Assembly (NCBI GenBank): GCA_951406725.2
Contig: OX597820.1
Location: 103,168,001-103,232,000, forward strand
Direction: 5' to 3'
From: Octopus vulgaris
Taxonomy: Eukaryota
DNA length: 64,000 nucleotides
Part shown: in pieces, positions 51,621 to 58,508 of the stretch
Layout of the letters: each line of letters begins with the position of its first letter
How positions within the stretch are numbered: position 1 is the first letter of the stretch
Notes under the pieces: model-generated
Seen by the model: only the letters and a program-made list of their open reading frames with translations
Told to the model about the DNA's origin: nothing
The model's database searches: none
Made by a program: the position numbers and the translations under genes

Positions 51621-54600
51621 TTTGACATCTTTAATACTATGTTGATGGGTCCATCTCTCAATTTCCCCTCATGTTCTTATGTCTTACAATTAAAATGTCT
51701 ACCTTAATTCACATCAGCTTATATTTGGGAAATTTTTCAGCCCCAAGTGAACCGGGAGTTTTTTCTAACTTGTCCAGAAATCCAGCAGCTTATTCAGAAA
51801 AGTTTTAAACCCAAACCAAAATATAAGTAAGTATTTCAATAAAATAGATTCAAATTTATTTAAATTTCTTTAAAAATAAACTATTAAAAAATGTTATCAG
51901 CAATATTGTGGCATTAGATAAGTAAGAAGGCTTTTGTAAATTTGTATATTTACATACAAAATGCTAGAACCACTACATTTATAGCTGTTTGTCCTTCCCT
52001 TATACACTTTTTCTTTTCTTTTTTTATTTAAGTAACTGAAAACTCACCAAATTGATAATGTACCTGGAATGGAAGCACTCCATCGGTTACGACGACGAGG
52101 GTTCCGGTTGATCCGAATCAACGGAACAGCCTGCTCGTAAAATTAACGTGTAAGTGGCTGAGCACTCCACAGACACATGTACCCTTAACGTAGTTCTCGG
52201 GGATATTCAGCGTGACACAGAGAGTGACAAGGCCGGCCCTTTGAAATACAGGTACAACAGAAACAGGAAGTAAGAGTGAGAGAAAGTTGTGGTGAAAGAG
52301 TACAGCAGGGATCACCACCATCCCTACCAGAGCCTCATGGAGCTTTAGGTGTTTTCGCTCAATAAACACTCACAACGCCTGGTCTGGGAATCGAAACCGC
52401 GATCCTATGACCGCGAGTCCGCTGCCCTAACCACTGGGCCATTGCGCCTCCACAATGTACCTAGTGATAAACCAAATACCTACCAGTCATAAATCTACTT
52501 AGATCTAAGGGTAAAATAACAAATACATCCCAGACACTTTCACTAATTCAGCGACAAAAAGTAAAGCCATCACAATTTCTCATTTCCTTCTCTCTTGGAC
52601 TGCAAACTGTTGTGTGGGGCAAAATTGCCCTCATTCTGGTTCAATGAGGTGAAAGAATCTACATGCTGAATTGAACATAATAAGATATACTATAGGAATT
52701 TGTATCATTGAAAAGTTTGTAAACCATTTGTAATGTTTGTTTGTTTTTTCTTGCCCAGACATGTGACGAGTGGAGATGGAGAAATTGCTTTCAAGATGAT
52801 AAAGACCAACATTTCATTAGTTGTTGCACAGCTCGATGACATACGCAAACATCCGAAGTTAGTCTCTTGTTTTTATTTTCCTATTTTTCTATTTATTTAT
52901 TTATTATTTATCCATGCTGTCCGCTTTCCATGCTAGCATGGGTTGGACGATTTGACTGCGGTCTGGCAAACCAGATGGCTGCACCAGACTCCAATCTGAT
53001 CTGGCAGAGTTTCTACGGAAGGGCATCCAGTGGTAGAAACTCTGCCAGATCAGATTGGAGTCTGGTGCAGCCATCTGGTTCGCCAGACCTCAGTCAAATC
53101 GTCCAACCCATGCTAGCATGGAAAGCGGACGTTAAACGATGATGATGATGATGATGAGTATGGATGGGGTTTGTATTTTTTTTTTTTTTTTAGTAAATAT
53201 CTATTGGAGTAAATACTTCCATTGGTGAGTGTTTTTTTCTCCAGTTAATTTCTCAGTCATGAAGTAAGTATGGGATTTATTGTCAGCTAAACAAACTGAA
53301 ATGAAGCCAACAGATATATTATACCTTCTTCAATGACAATAGTAAGTGATATGAATGGTAAGTTCTCTAACATTTTGACCTTTATGGCTACTGTTTCTCA
53401 ATATTACTTAACATTCCTAAAATGAATTGCTTTCTGATAATGTCTTCATATCCGAGTATAGCATTTGTACTGATATTTTGTCTCCATACTCAATTCCTCG
53501 TCTCTGAAGAATCCTTGTATGATATTACAAGAAAATTACTTATTCTATTCTAATGTTTGTTTTTGTATTTTAATTGCAGAAAGTTCATCTGCCTAAATGA
53601 TAATATCGACCATTCATTGGCAGAAGCCAAAATGGTAAGTACATTCAACTTCTGGGTTTCATAAACTAAAATGGCACTATTTTTTGTAGCCACTACTACT
53701 ACTTATAATACTATGAAGTTCCTTCATCTGCTACAGTCCTTGTAACTATAAATTATCAACCATGCTAAATTTGATAAAATCCTTGATACCCATACTTTCA
53801 ACCAAATTTTGGTATTGAAATTGTGCGCATAAATTATAAATATATATTTCCAACCACATGGATCCAGCTGTAGAAACTCTGCCAGATCAGATTGGAGCCT
53901 GGTGCAGTCATCTGGCTTGCCAGTCCTCAGTCAAACCGTCCAACCCATGCCAGCATGGAAAGCAGACATTAAATGATGATGATGATGATGGTGGTGGTGG
54001 TTCTGGGTTCAGTCCCACTGTGTGGCACCTTGGGCAGGTTCCCAACCAAGGCCATGTGAGTGGATTTATAGATGGAAATTAAAAGGAGCCCATTGTATAT
54101 ATATATATATATTTGTGTGTTTGTTCCTGCCACCATTGCTTGACAACCAATGTTGGTGTGTTTATTTCCTCATAATTTAGCAGTTTGGCAAATGAGACTG
54201 ATAGAATAAGTACCAGGCTTTAAGTCCTGGGGTCAATTTCTTCAATTATATGGCAATGCTCCAGCATAGCCATAGTCAAATGACTGAAACACAAAAGAAT
54301 ACCTAATAGGTTTCTTTCAGTTTCCATCAATGAAATCCACTTACAAGTTTTTGGTTAACCTAGGGCTATAGTTGGTGACACTTGCTCAAGGTGCCATGCA
54401 ATGGGACTGAACCCAAACCATATGGTTGTGAAGTAAGCTGCTTAACCACATAGCCATGCTATATTCTTGTAGGATGGTTCTTTTGTTAATGTGTTGGTTA
54501 TATCTGTCCATTATAATTACATTAACTCAGACACATTTTTTTCCATCTATTTTAACCCTTTAGCATTTAGACCAGCCATATTCGACCCAAATATTGTACC

Positions 54601-57600
54601 AGTTTTATGTTTAAACTGGCCAGATCCACCCTCTCACACATACCTTACAATGTAATTCAAAAAATAAATTACACCATCGAAATCCCAAAACCATGAGATA
54701 ATGCAAGATTAATTCAAAACATTGTGAATAAAAATGCATTGCATTTAGCAGAGTAATCTGAATGCTAGATATTAGTCGTCATCATCATCATCGTTTAACA
54801 TCCACTTTCCATGCTAGCATGGGTTGGATGATTTGACTGAGGACTGGCGAACCGGATGGCTGCACCAGGCTCCAATCTTGATCTGGCAGAGTTTCTACAG
54901 CTGGATGCCCTTCCTAATGCCAACCACTCCGAGAGTGTAGTGGGTGCTTTTACATGCCACCGGCACGAGGGCCAGTTAGGCGGTACTGGCAACAGCCATG
55001 CTCAAATGGTGTTTTTTTATGTGCCACCTGCACAGGAGCCAGTCCAGCGGCACTGGCAACAACCTCACTCGGATGTTTTTTTATCACATGCCAGTAAGGC
55101 AATGCTGGTAACGATCACGCTCGAATGGTACTTTTTATGTGCTACCAGCACTGAAGCCAGTTAGCCGCTCTAGCAACAATCATGCTCAGATGCCAGAGTG
55201 GTTAACTGGCTTCCGTACCTAACTATTTGTTTCGTGAGTATATTATTACTTGTGTCTGAAAAATGTCTGCATTTGTAGACAAGAAGGACTTTATTTTATC
55301 CAAGTTGCCATGGTGTCTGTTGCAAAACAATTTATTTATCTGGTTGGAAAGGCCAGTCTCACAGGGTTTTGTCTATTGCAAGATTTGAACTCAGCACTCT
55401 TAAGTAGCAAAATACTCATTAGTTTTAATCTACTTCCATTGCCTAAACTAGAAGGTTGTATTCTCCATTTCCCTGTAGCTATCAACTACTAAATGTCTCA
55501 CACTAGAGTAATGTTAAATACCTCTGCCAAGGACTGACTGTAACTTTTTGATAAAGTATGTTATGGCCACATTTTGAAGAACATTCTAATTATTCAATTG
55601 GCTTTAGCTGAAGTTTTAGCAAATCATGTATTAATAGGAACAAGGCTATTGTCACTTCCAGTAAAAGCTATTCTTGCAATTTAAGGTATAAATGGGCAAG
55701 TTGGAAGGACAAATGAGCAACCAGCTAATAGTGTGGTAGTTCGTATTGTCATTGTTCTGCTCAGTAGTAAAGACGCTTGATCTTAAATAGCTATATTCAC
55801 CCAGTTTTAAATATCACAGCTGATATAATTCATTGTTGTTGGCAGCAGCAGTTGGAGCACTGTAGACTCAACTGATCCATTGGTTTTCAATGGAGAAATC
55901 AATTCCTTCTGCAGCATCTACCAACAATGAACTAATGTTCACTCCAGTGACTGGTACAATTTGTCTCGCTGTCATTAATCCACTCAAAACTACAGAAACC
56001 CGATATAGACACTGTATCATTGGGATTCATAAAAACTTTCACTTTAACTATGCCAATAACAATGTTTTGTTTTGGTCATTTTCCATGATCTTAACTAACA
56101 AAATGTGTTACCAATTTACTGATTTCTATTTCGTTTTTTTCTTTCTTCTAGGTCAAAGCTATTTTAAATGATTTTTTTGAATCAATGTTTCCAATGCAAT
56201 CACATTTTGAGCTCCCAAAAGAATACCGGAATCGTTTCCTTCATTTACATGAACTTCTTGAATGGTAAGCATTCAAATTGTCTAATAAACTTCAATCAAC
56301 CAAATTCTTTTGCTCATGAATTGGAACATTTGCCACAGTGAATGATGATGATCATCATCATCATCATTTAGCGTCCGTTTTCCATGCTAGCATGGGTTGG
56401 ACGGTTTAACTGGGGTCTGTGAAGCCGGAAGGCTTCAACAGGCCCAGTCAGATTTGGCAATGTTTCTACGGCTGGATGCCCTTCCTAACGCCAACTTTTT
56501 ATACTTACAGCACCTAGGGTTCCCAAGCGGTCACCCATCTAAGTACTAACTAGGCTCGATGTTGCTTAACTTTGGTGATCGGACGAGAACCGGTGTTTTC
56601 AACGTGATATGGCCGTAAAATAAAATAAAATAATTGTTTTAACAATTCTCTGGATATGTATCGTCAGTGTTGGGTCAGTGTTTCACTTTTCTAGAATTAA
56701 TTAAATATTTATCAGTATCATCATTTTTACATCTGCTTTCATGTGACTGCTTGGGTTGGATGGGTCCTTTCAAACACTGTATTTCTTCATTTGTTGCATT
56801 CCTTTGTCATCTTTGTAAAGGCCAACATCTCGTGAATAGGTTTTATTACCTCTACCCATACTTTCCTTCGTCTCTCTCTTCCACAGTTTCCTTCCATTTG
56901 AATCTCTTGCCACTTCTTTGCCTATCTGTTATCATCCCTAGACATTATATGTCTGTAATAATGCAGCCTTTGTACTTACACACCACAAATGATAACTCTT
57001 ATACCTAATTTATCCTGTAGAGCATGCCTATTCATTTCTCTCCAATCTTTACCTATCTTTTGCATTTAGTACCCATATTTCATCACTGTACATTTCACTT
57101 CATACACAAGCAATACAGTCTACTCTTTACTCAAAGAAGAATCCTTCTTTTGCTAGCAAAGGTGATTGCTCCTAGACCATTTTCTGCCTTACCTATATTC
57201 TGGCTACTATACTTTCAGTTCATTAGCTTTTTAATATTGGTTTCAAATATTGGCACAAGGCCAGCAATTTTGAGGATTGTGTAAGTCGATAACATTGACC
57301 CATCATAAATTGGTATTTATTTCATTGACCCAAGAGAATGAAAGGCAAAATCGACCTCAGCAGAATTTGAAATCAGAACATAAAGATATGAAATGACATT
57401 AAGCATTTTGTTTAGTAGGCTAATGATTCTTCCAGCTCACCACCTTATAGCTTTTTAATATTCACTACATTAAATATGTTAGCACTGTTCTAAATTTTAG
57501 TTTGTAGGTTCCTTTAGAATTTGGCTGTCAAAGTAAAAACAAAAAATACTGAAATATTCTTAACCGTTTCTATTTTAGGCAGAAATATCGAAACTGGCTC

Positions 57601-58508
57601 CGGTTTTGGACATATTTAACTTTGATCATTTTGGTGATGTTAGCACTCCTATCCTTCTGTTCTGACCGAGTAAGCATCTATTTATATATTTATATTTGTT
57701 TTCCTTTCAGAGGGTTTACTAAATGAAAATAACTATGTGCTTGTATTATTGTGATAATATTCCCATGTGATACACCAAGCTGTAAAAAAATTTGGTTAAG
57801 TTGCAATTCAGATCATTCATTTTCTTGAAACAAGTTTTGTCATTAGATTTGAGTTTTAATTCATAATTTCTCAGTACATCATGGTTGAATGTATTTATCT
57901 ATTTGAAAGTATAATTGGTTTAAATTGGACCTAGAGCTTTCAAATACATAAACACATCTCATCTTAGTGTTATAAAACTTTGCACTAAAATTCAAATCTA
58001 AAGATAAAAACTGGCTTCAAGCAAATTAATGATCAGGATTTCAACATTCGCTAAAGTTATTGCCAGATTTGATGTATGGTAGAGTCACATAAGTATAATC
58101 ATGAAAAACAAGCTTATTTTTCTACCATTTAGTTCAAGGTTTTATTCTACTGCATGGGAACTTGGACAAATGGCAATTATCAGAGCCTTGTAAATGAAAT
58201 ACATTGAGGAAACTATATGGAACCTGTTGGAAGAACATTCTCTGTTCGTAGGTGGTAGAGTTAATTAGTTTCTTAATTTACTACTACCAAGCTGGTTTTC
58301 TCAATGCTTTTAGCTACAATGAAATGAATTAAAAGTATATTTTATACTTACTTTTTCATTTTCTATTTATTTCAAGATTGAATCATGGCATAGGAGATTC
58401 CTGCATCGACGTTCAACATCTCGAAATGTCAGCAGACAGTCATCGAACAAGAAGAAAAGCAGCAAATCTTCCACAGCAAGACAAGAACCACAGAAGTATA
58501 TAGTTTAA
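8382..58508 (+). CDS. GNPTAB: GlcNAc-1-phosphotransferase alpha/beta precursor, 28 coding exons, 5'-partial (first coding exon not found in window)
   Basis: Manual splicing of 28 AG/GT-bounded exons gives one frame of 3444 nt ending in TAA. Motifs: [36 protein letters not shown], two LNR repeats, [44 protein letters not shown]-terminal TM. Colinear with human GNPTAB as recalled. Confidence 0.97.
9240..10475 (-). mobile_element. Penelope-like element remnant (RT C-terminus, GIY-YIG endonuclease, 3' pLTR with hammerhead)
   Basis: FDDILI, NIKFTIE..LDF...[20 protein letters not shown]...KEAILI...IN. Confidence 0.88.
9250..9293 (-). ncRNA. Degenerate hammerhead motif in the Penelope 3' pLTR
   Basis: CTGAAGA-a-ggaat-tttt-attcc-GAAA-tatcata-TC; stem I imperfect; about 310 nt downstream of the GIY-YIG ORF end. 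Confidence 0.6.
11029..11148 (+). CDS. GNPTAB: GNPTAB exon 2/28, Stealth CR1 ([21 protein letters not shown])
   Basis: ctag acceptor, gtaaat donor, 120 nt, phase 2-2. Confidence 0.96.
11230..11760 (-). mobile_element. pogo/Tigger (DDE_1) transposase remnant
   Basis: LLGNVPNHP...[25 protein letters not shown] matches the LDNAPSH...LPPNTTSLIQPLDQGII..FK..Y pattern. Confidence 0.8.
12790..12986 (+). CDS. GNPTAB: GNPTAB exon 3/28 ([19 protein letters not shown]...)
   Basis: Polypyrimidine tract plus caag, gtattt donor, 197 nt, phase-compatible. Confidence 0.88.
13190..13660 (-). mobile_element. LINE (CR1/L2/Jockey-like) 3' remnant
   Basis: [11 protein letters not shown] and [15 protein letters not shown] motifs typical of the ORF2 C-terminus. 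Confidence 0.65.
13986..14053 (+). CDS. GNPTAB: GNPTAB exon 4/28 ([22 protein letters not shown])
   Basis: tccag acceptor, gtacgt donor, 68 nt, bridges phase 1 to 0. Confidence 0.8.
14735..14866 (+). CDS. GNPTAB: GNPTAB exon 5/28 ([22 protein letters not shown]...)
   Basis: atag acceptor, gtaggc donor, 132 nt. Confidence 0.87.
17152..17226 (+). CDS. GNPTAB: GNPTAB exon 6/28 ([25 protein letters not shown])
   Basis: ttgcag acceptor, gtatga donor, 75 nt. Confidence 0.85.
18234..18302 (+). CDS. GNPTAB: GNPTAB exon 7/28 ([23 protein letters not shown])
   Basis: ttctag acceptor, gtaagt donor, 69 nt; resembles human [20 protein letters not shown]. Confidence 0.9.
18798..18845 (+). CDS. GNPTAB: GNPTAB exon 8/28 ([16 protein letters not shown])
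   Basis: tatag acceptor, gtatat donor, 48 nt; SRFEDNE motif. Confidence 0.9.
19323..19541. mobile_element. hAT-type MITE
   Basis: TIRs CAGAGGTTTTCAA / TTGAAAAGCACTG; perfect 8-bp TSD GGTTAGAG (19315-19322, 19542-19549); inserted into a tRNA-SINE head. Confidence 0.88.
19686..19817 (+). CDS. GNPTAB: GNPTAB exon 9/28, Stealth CR2 ([36 protein letters not shown])
   Basis: tgtag acceptor, gtttgt donor, 132 nt. Confidence 0.97.
21111..21281 (+). CDS. GNPTAB: GNPTAB exon 10/28, Stealth CR2 ([10 protein letters not shown]...[18 protein letters not shown])
   Basis: ctacag acceptor, gtaggt donor, 171 nt. Confidence 0.97.
22398..22814 (+). mobile_element. Dimeric tRNA-SINE nested in a (GAT)n-family element
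   Basis: 14-bp TSD AGACATGGAGCCTG (22384-22397, 22815-22828); the body is present twice in tandem. Confidence 0.85.
22990..23113 (+). CDS. GNPTAB: GNPTAB exon 11/28, LNR/Notch repeat 1
   Basis: [31 protein letters not shown]; ttacag/gtaatg, 124 nt. Confidence 0.97.
23166..23580 (+). mobile_element. tRNA-derived SINE (GGCGCAGGAGTGGCTGTGTGGTAAG family) with internal microsatellite
   Basis: A/B-box head, CORE-like ACCTTGGGCAAGTG, tail GACTGAAACAAGTAAAAGAG; related pieces near 1380, 5060, 7960, 44283, 54000, 59950. Confidence 0.8.
24889..25218 (+). mobile_element. tRNA-derived SINE
   Basis: GGCGCATGGCTCAATGGTTAGAGCG...GAGTTCAATTCC head followed by a non-tRNA body. Confidence 0.75.
26005..26085 (+). 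CDS. GNPTAB: GNPTAB exon 12/28, linker between LNR repeats
   Basis: Polypyrimidine tract plus ttag, gtatgt donor, 81 nt, phase 1-1; low sequence conservation. Confidence 0.75.
26700..28500 (+). repeat. Cluster of tandem, co-oriented degraded SINE copies
   Basis: Repeated GAGTTCAAATT...TTTGCCTTTCATCC...ATAAAATAAGTAC units separated by (ATT)n. Confidence 0.8.
29338..29760. mobile_element. hAT-type non-autonomous element
   Basis: TIRs CAGCACTGGATTAA / TTAATCCGGCCCTG; 8-bp TSD ATTAGACC / ATTAGATC. Confidence 0.75.
30128..31250. repeat. Compound (TG)/(TATG)/(TA) microsatellite
   Basis: About 1.1 kb of low-complexity repeat. Confidence 0.96.
31251..31833 (+). mobile_element. Fold-back element (240-bp arms) with apical hammerhead, embedded in (TA)n; probable Penelope-like inverted pLTR
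   Basis: Arms 31251-31490 and 31498-31736 are reverse complements apart from a 1-nt homopolymer indel; related copy at 62820-63000. Confidence 0.8.
31494..31546 (+). ncRNA. Minimal type I hammerhead ribozyme motif (Penelope-like)
   Basis: Stem I tgag/ctca, CTGATGA 31498-31504, stem II, GAAA 31531-31534, palindromic stem III acgtacgt, GUU cleavage triplet. Confidence 0.7.
32395..32450 (+). CDS. GNPTAB: GNPTAB exon 13/28, LNR repeat 2 N-half ([18 protein letters not shown])
   Basis: tttcag/gtaaga, 56 nt. Confidence 0.96.
33289..33403 (+). CDS. GNPTAB: GNPTAB exon 14/28, LNR repeat 2 C-half ([15 protein letters not shown])
   Basis: ttttag/gtgagt, 115 nt. Confidence 0.95.
34451..34662 (+). CDS. 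GNPTAB: GNPTAB exon 15/28
   Basis: gtccag/gtaagt, 212 nt; [18 protein letters not shown] resembles human IIRHASIANKWKTIHLIM. Confidence 0.9.
34681..35045. repeat. Degenerate (CAY)n trinucleotide tract
   Basis: cat/cac repeats directly after the exon 15 donor. Confidence 0.9.
35100..36130 (+). mobile_element. LINE (CR1/Jockey-like) RT remnant
   Basis: DDTAL and [15 protein letters not shown] motifs, degraded. Confidence 0.65.
38361..38509 (+). CDS. GNPTAB: GNPTAB exon 16/28
   Basis: ccacag/gtgagt, 149 nt, phase-compatible. Confidence 0.85.
38884..39005 (+). CDS. GNPTAB: GNPTAB exon 17/28, start of DMAP-binding-like motif ([19 protein letters not shown])
   Basis: tttcag acceptor, weak gtgata donor, 122 nt. 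Confidence 0.88.
39520..39887 (+). mobile_element. RTE-clade LINE reverse-transcriptase fragment
   Basis: [40 protein letters not shown]. Confidence 0.92.
39938..40275 (+). CDS. GNPTAB: GNPTAB exon 18/28 ([11 protein letters not shown]...GVFPWEK)
   Basis: cttag/gtaagt, 338 nt; resembles human GDITLKGY and GFLPWEK. Confidence 0.92.
40297..40580. repeat. Imperfect inverted repeat (about 120-bp arms), MITE- or pLTR-like
   Basis: tatgtgttttgcttat...ctggggaaagctcc versus ggagctttccccag...ataagcaaaacacata. Confidence 0.75.
41855..42715 (+). mobile_element. L1/Tx1-like LINE 3' end (degenerate zinc-binding motif, 3' UTR)
   Basis: W...GALPVQDKL...[11 protein letters not shown]...LW (zf-RVT-like); A-run near 42480; (ATT)n at the end. 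Confidence 0.75.
42789..42985 (+). CDS. GNPTAB: GNPTAB exon 19/28, alpha/beta cleavage site and Stealth CR3 ([10 protein letters not shown]...PAHMPHMID)
   Basis: ttttag/gtaagt, 197 nt. Confidence 0.96.
44146..44197 (-). ncRNA. Minimal type I hammerhead ribozyme motif (variant core CCGAUGA)
   Basis: gtct-CCGATGA-a-gggatat/atatcct-g-GAAA-cagctg-TA-agac; stems I, II and III all pair. Confidence 0.65.
44908..45060 (+). CDS. GNPTAB: GNPTAB exon 20/28 ([19 protein letters not shown]...[10 protein letters not shown])
   Basis: tttcag/gtaaat, 153 nt. Confidence 0.96.
47810..47876 (+). CDS. GNPTAB: GNPTAB exon 21/28, EF-hand C-half ([14 protein letters not shown])
   Basis: cttcag/gtaagt, 67 nt. Confidence 0.96.
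50329..50484 (+). CDS. GNPTAB: GNPTAB exon 22/28 with poly-Ser (TCA)n tract
   Basis: ttgcag/gtaagt, 156 nt; [10 protein letters not shown] resembles human LEHMLINCSK. Confidence 0.92.
50562..50947 (+). mobile_element. Young full-length tRNA-derived SINE
   Basis: GGAGGCGCAATGGCCCAGTGGTTAGGGCAGCGGACTCGCG...GGTTTCGATTCC head; TSD ACTTCTGTGCT. Confidence 0.9.
51741..51826 (+). CDS. GNPTAB: GNPTAB exon 23/28 ([28 protein letters not shown])
   Basis: tttcag/gtaagt, 86 nt, needed for phase. Confidence 0.9.
52066..52453 (-). mobile_element. Second copy of the same young SINE, inverted
   Basis: Near-identical reverse complement of 50562-50947; 9-bp TSD AATGTACCT. Confidence 0.9.
52759..52857 (+). 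CDS. GNPTAB: GNPTAB exon 24/28 ([25 protein letters not shown])
   Basis: cccag/gttagt, 99 nt. Confidence 0.96.
52919..53130. repeat. Head-to-head inverted duplication of a (GAT)n-family element
   Basis: 98-bp arms 52919-53016 / 53033-53130, two mismatches seen, 16-nt loop. Confidence 0.9.
53580..53634 (+). CDS. GNPTAB: GNPTAB exon 25/28, Stealth CR4 ([11 protein letters not shown])
   Basis: ttgcag/gtaagt, 55 nt. Confidence 0.96.
56152..56264 (+). CDS. GNPTAB: GNPTAB exon 26/28 ([24 protein letters not shown])
   Basis: ttctag/gtaagc, 113 nt. Confidence 0.96.
56501..56620 (-). rRNA. 5S rRNA gene copy, probably a retro-pseudogene (A-tail, no oligo-T terminator)
   Basis: Reverse strand reads TTTTACGGCCATATCACGTTGAAAACACCGGTTCTCGTCCGATCACC...GTTAGTACTTAGATGGGTGACCGCTTGGGAA...GTGCTGTAAGT, a typical metazoan 5S of about 120 nt with Box A and Box C. 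Confidence 0.93.
57579..57669 (+). CDS. GNPTAB: GNPTAB exon 27/28, C-terminal transmembrane helix
   Basis: ttttag/gtaagc, 91 nt; [19 protein letters not shown]. Confidence 0.94.
58377..58508 (+). CDS. GNPTAB: GNPTAB terminal coding exon 28/28, basic cytoplasmic tail (...RQEPQKYIV*)
   Basis: Polypyrimidine tract plus tcaag, open frame to TAA 58506-58508; AATAAA follows at 58655, 58977 and 59264. Confidence 0.85.
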   Translation: MESWHRRFLHRRSTSRNVSRQSSNKKKSSKSSTARQEPQKYIV

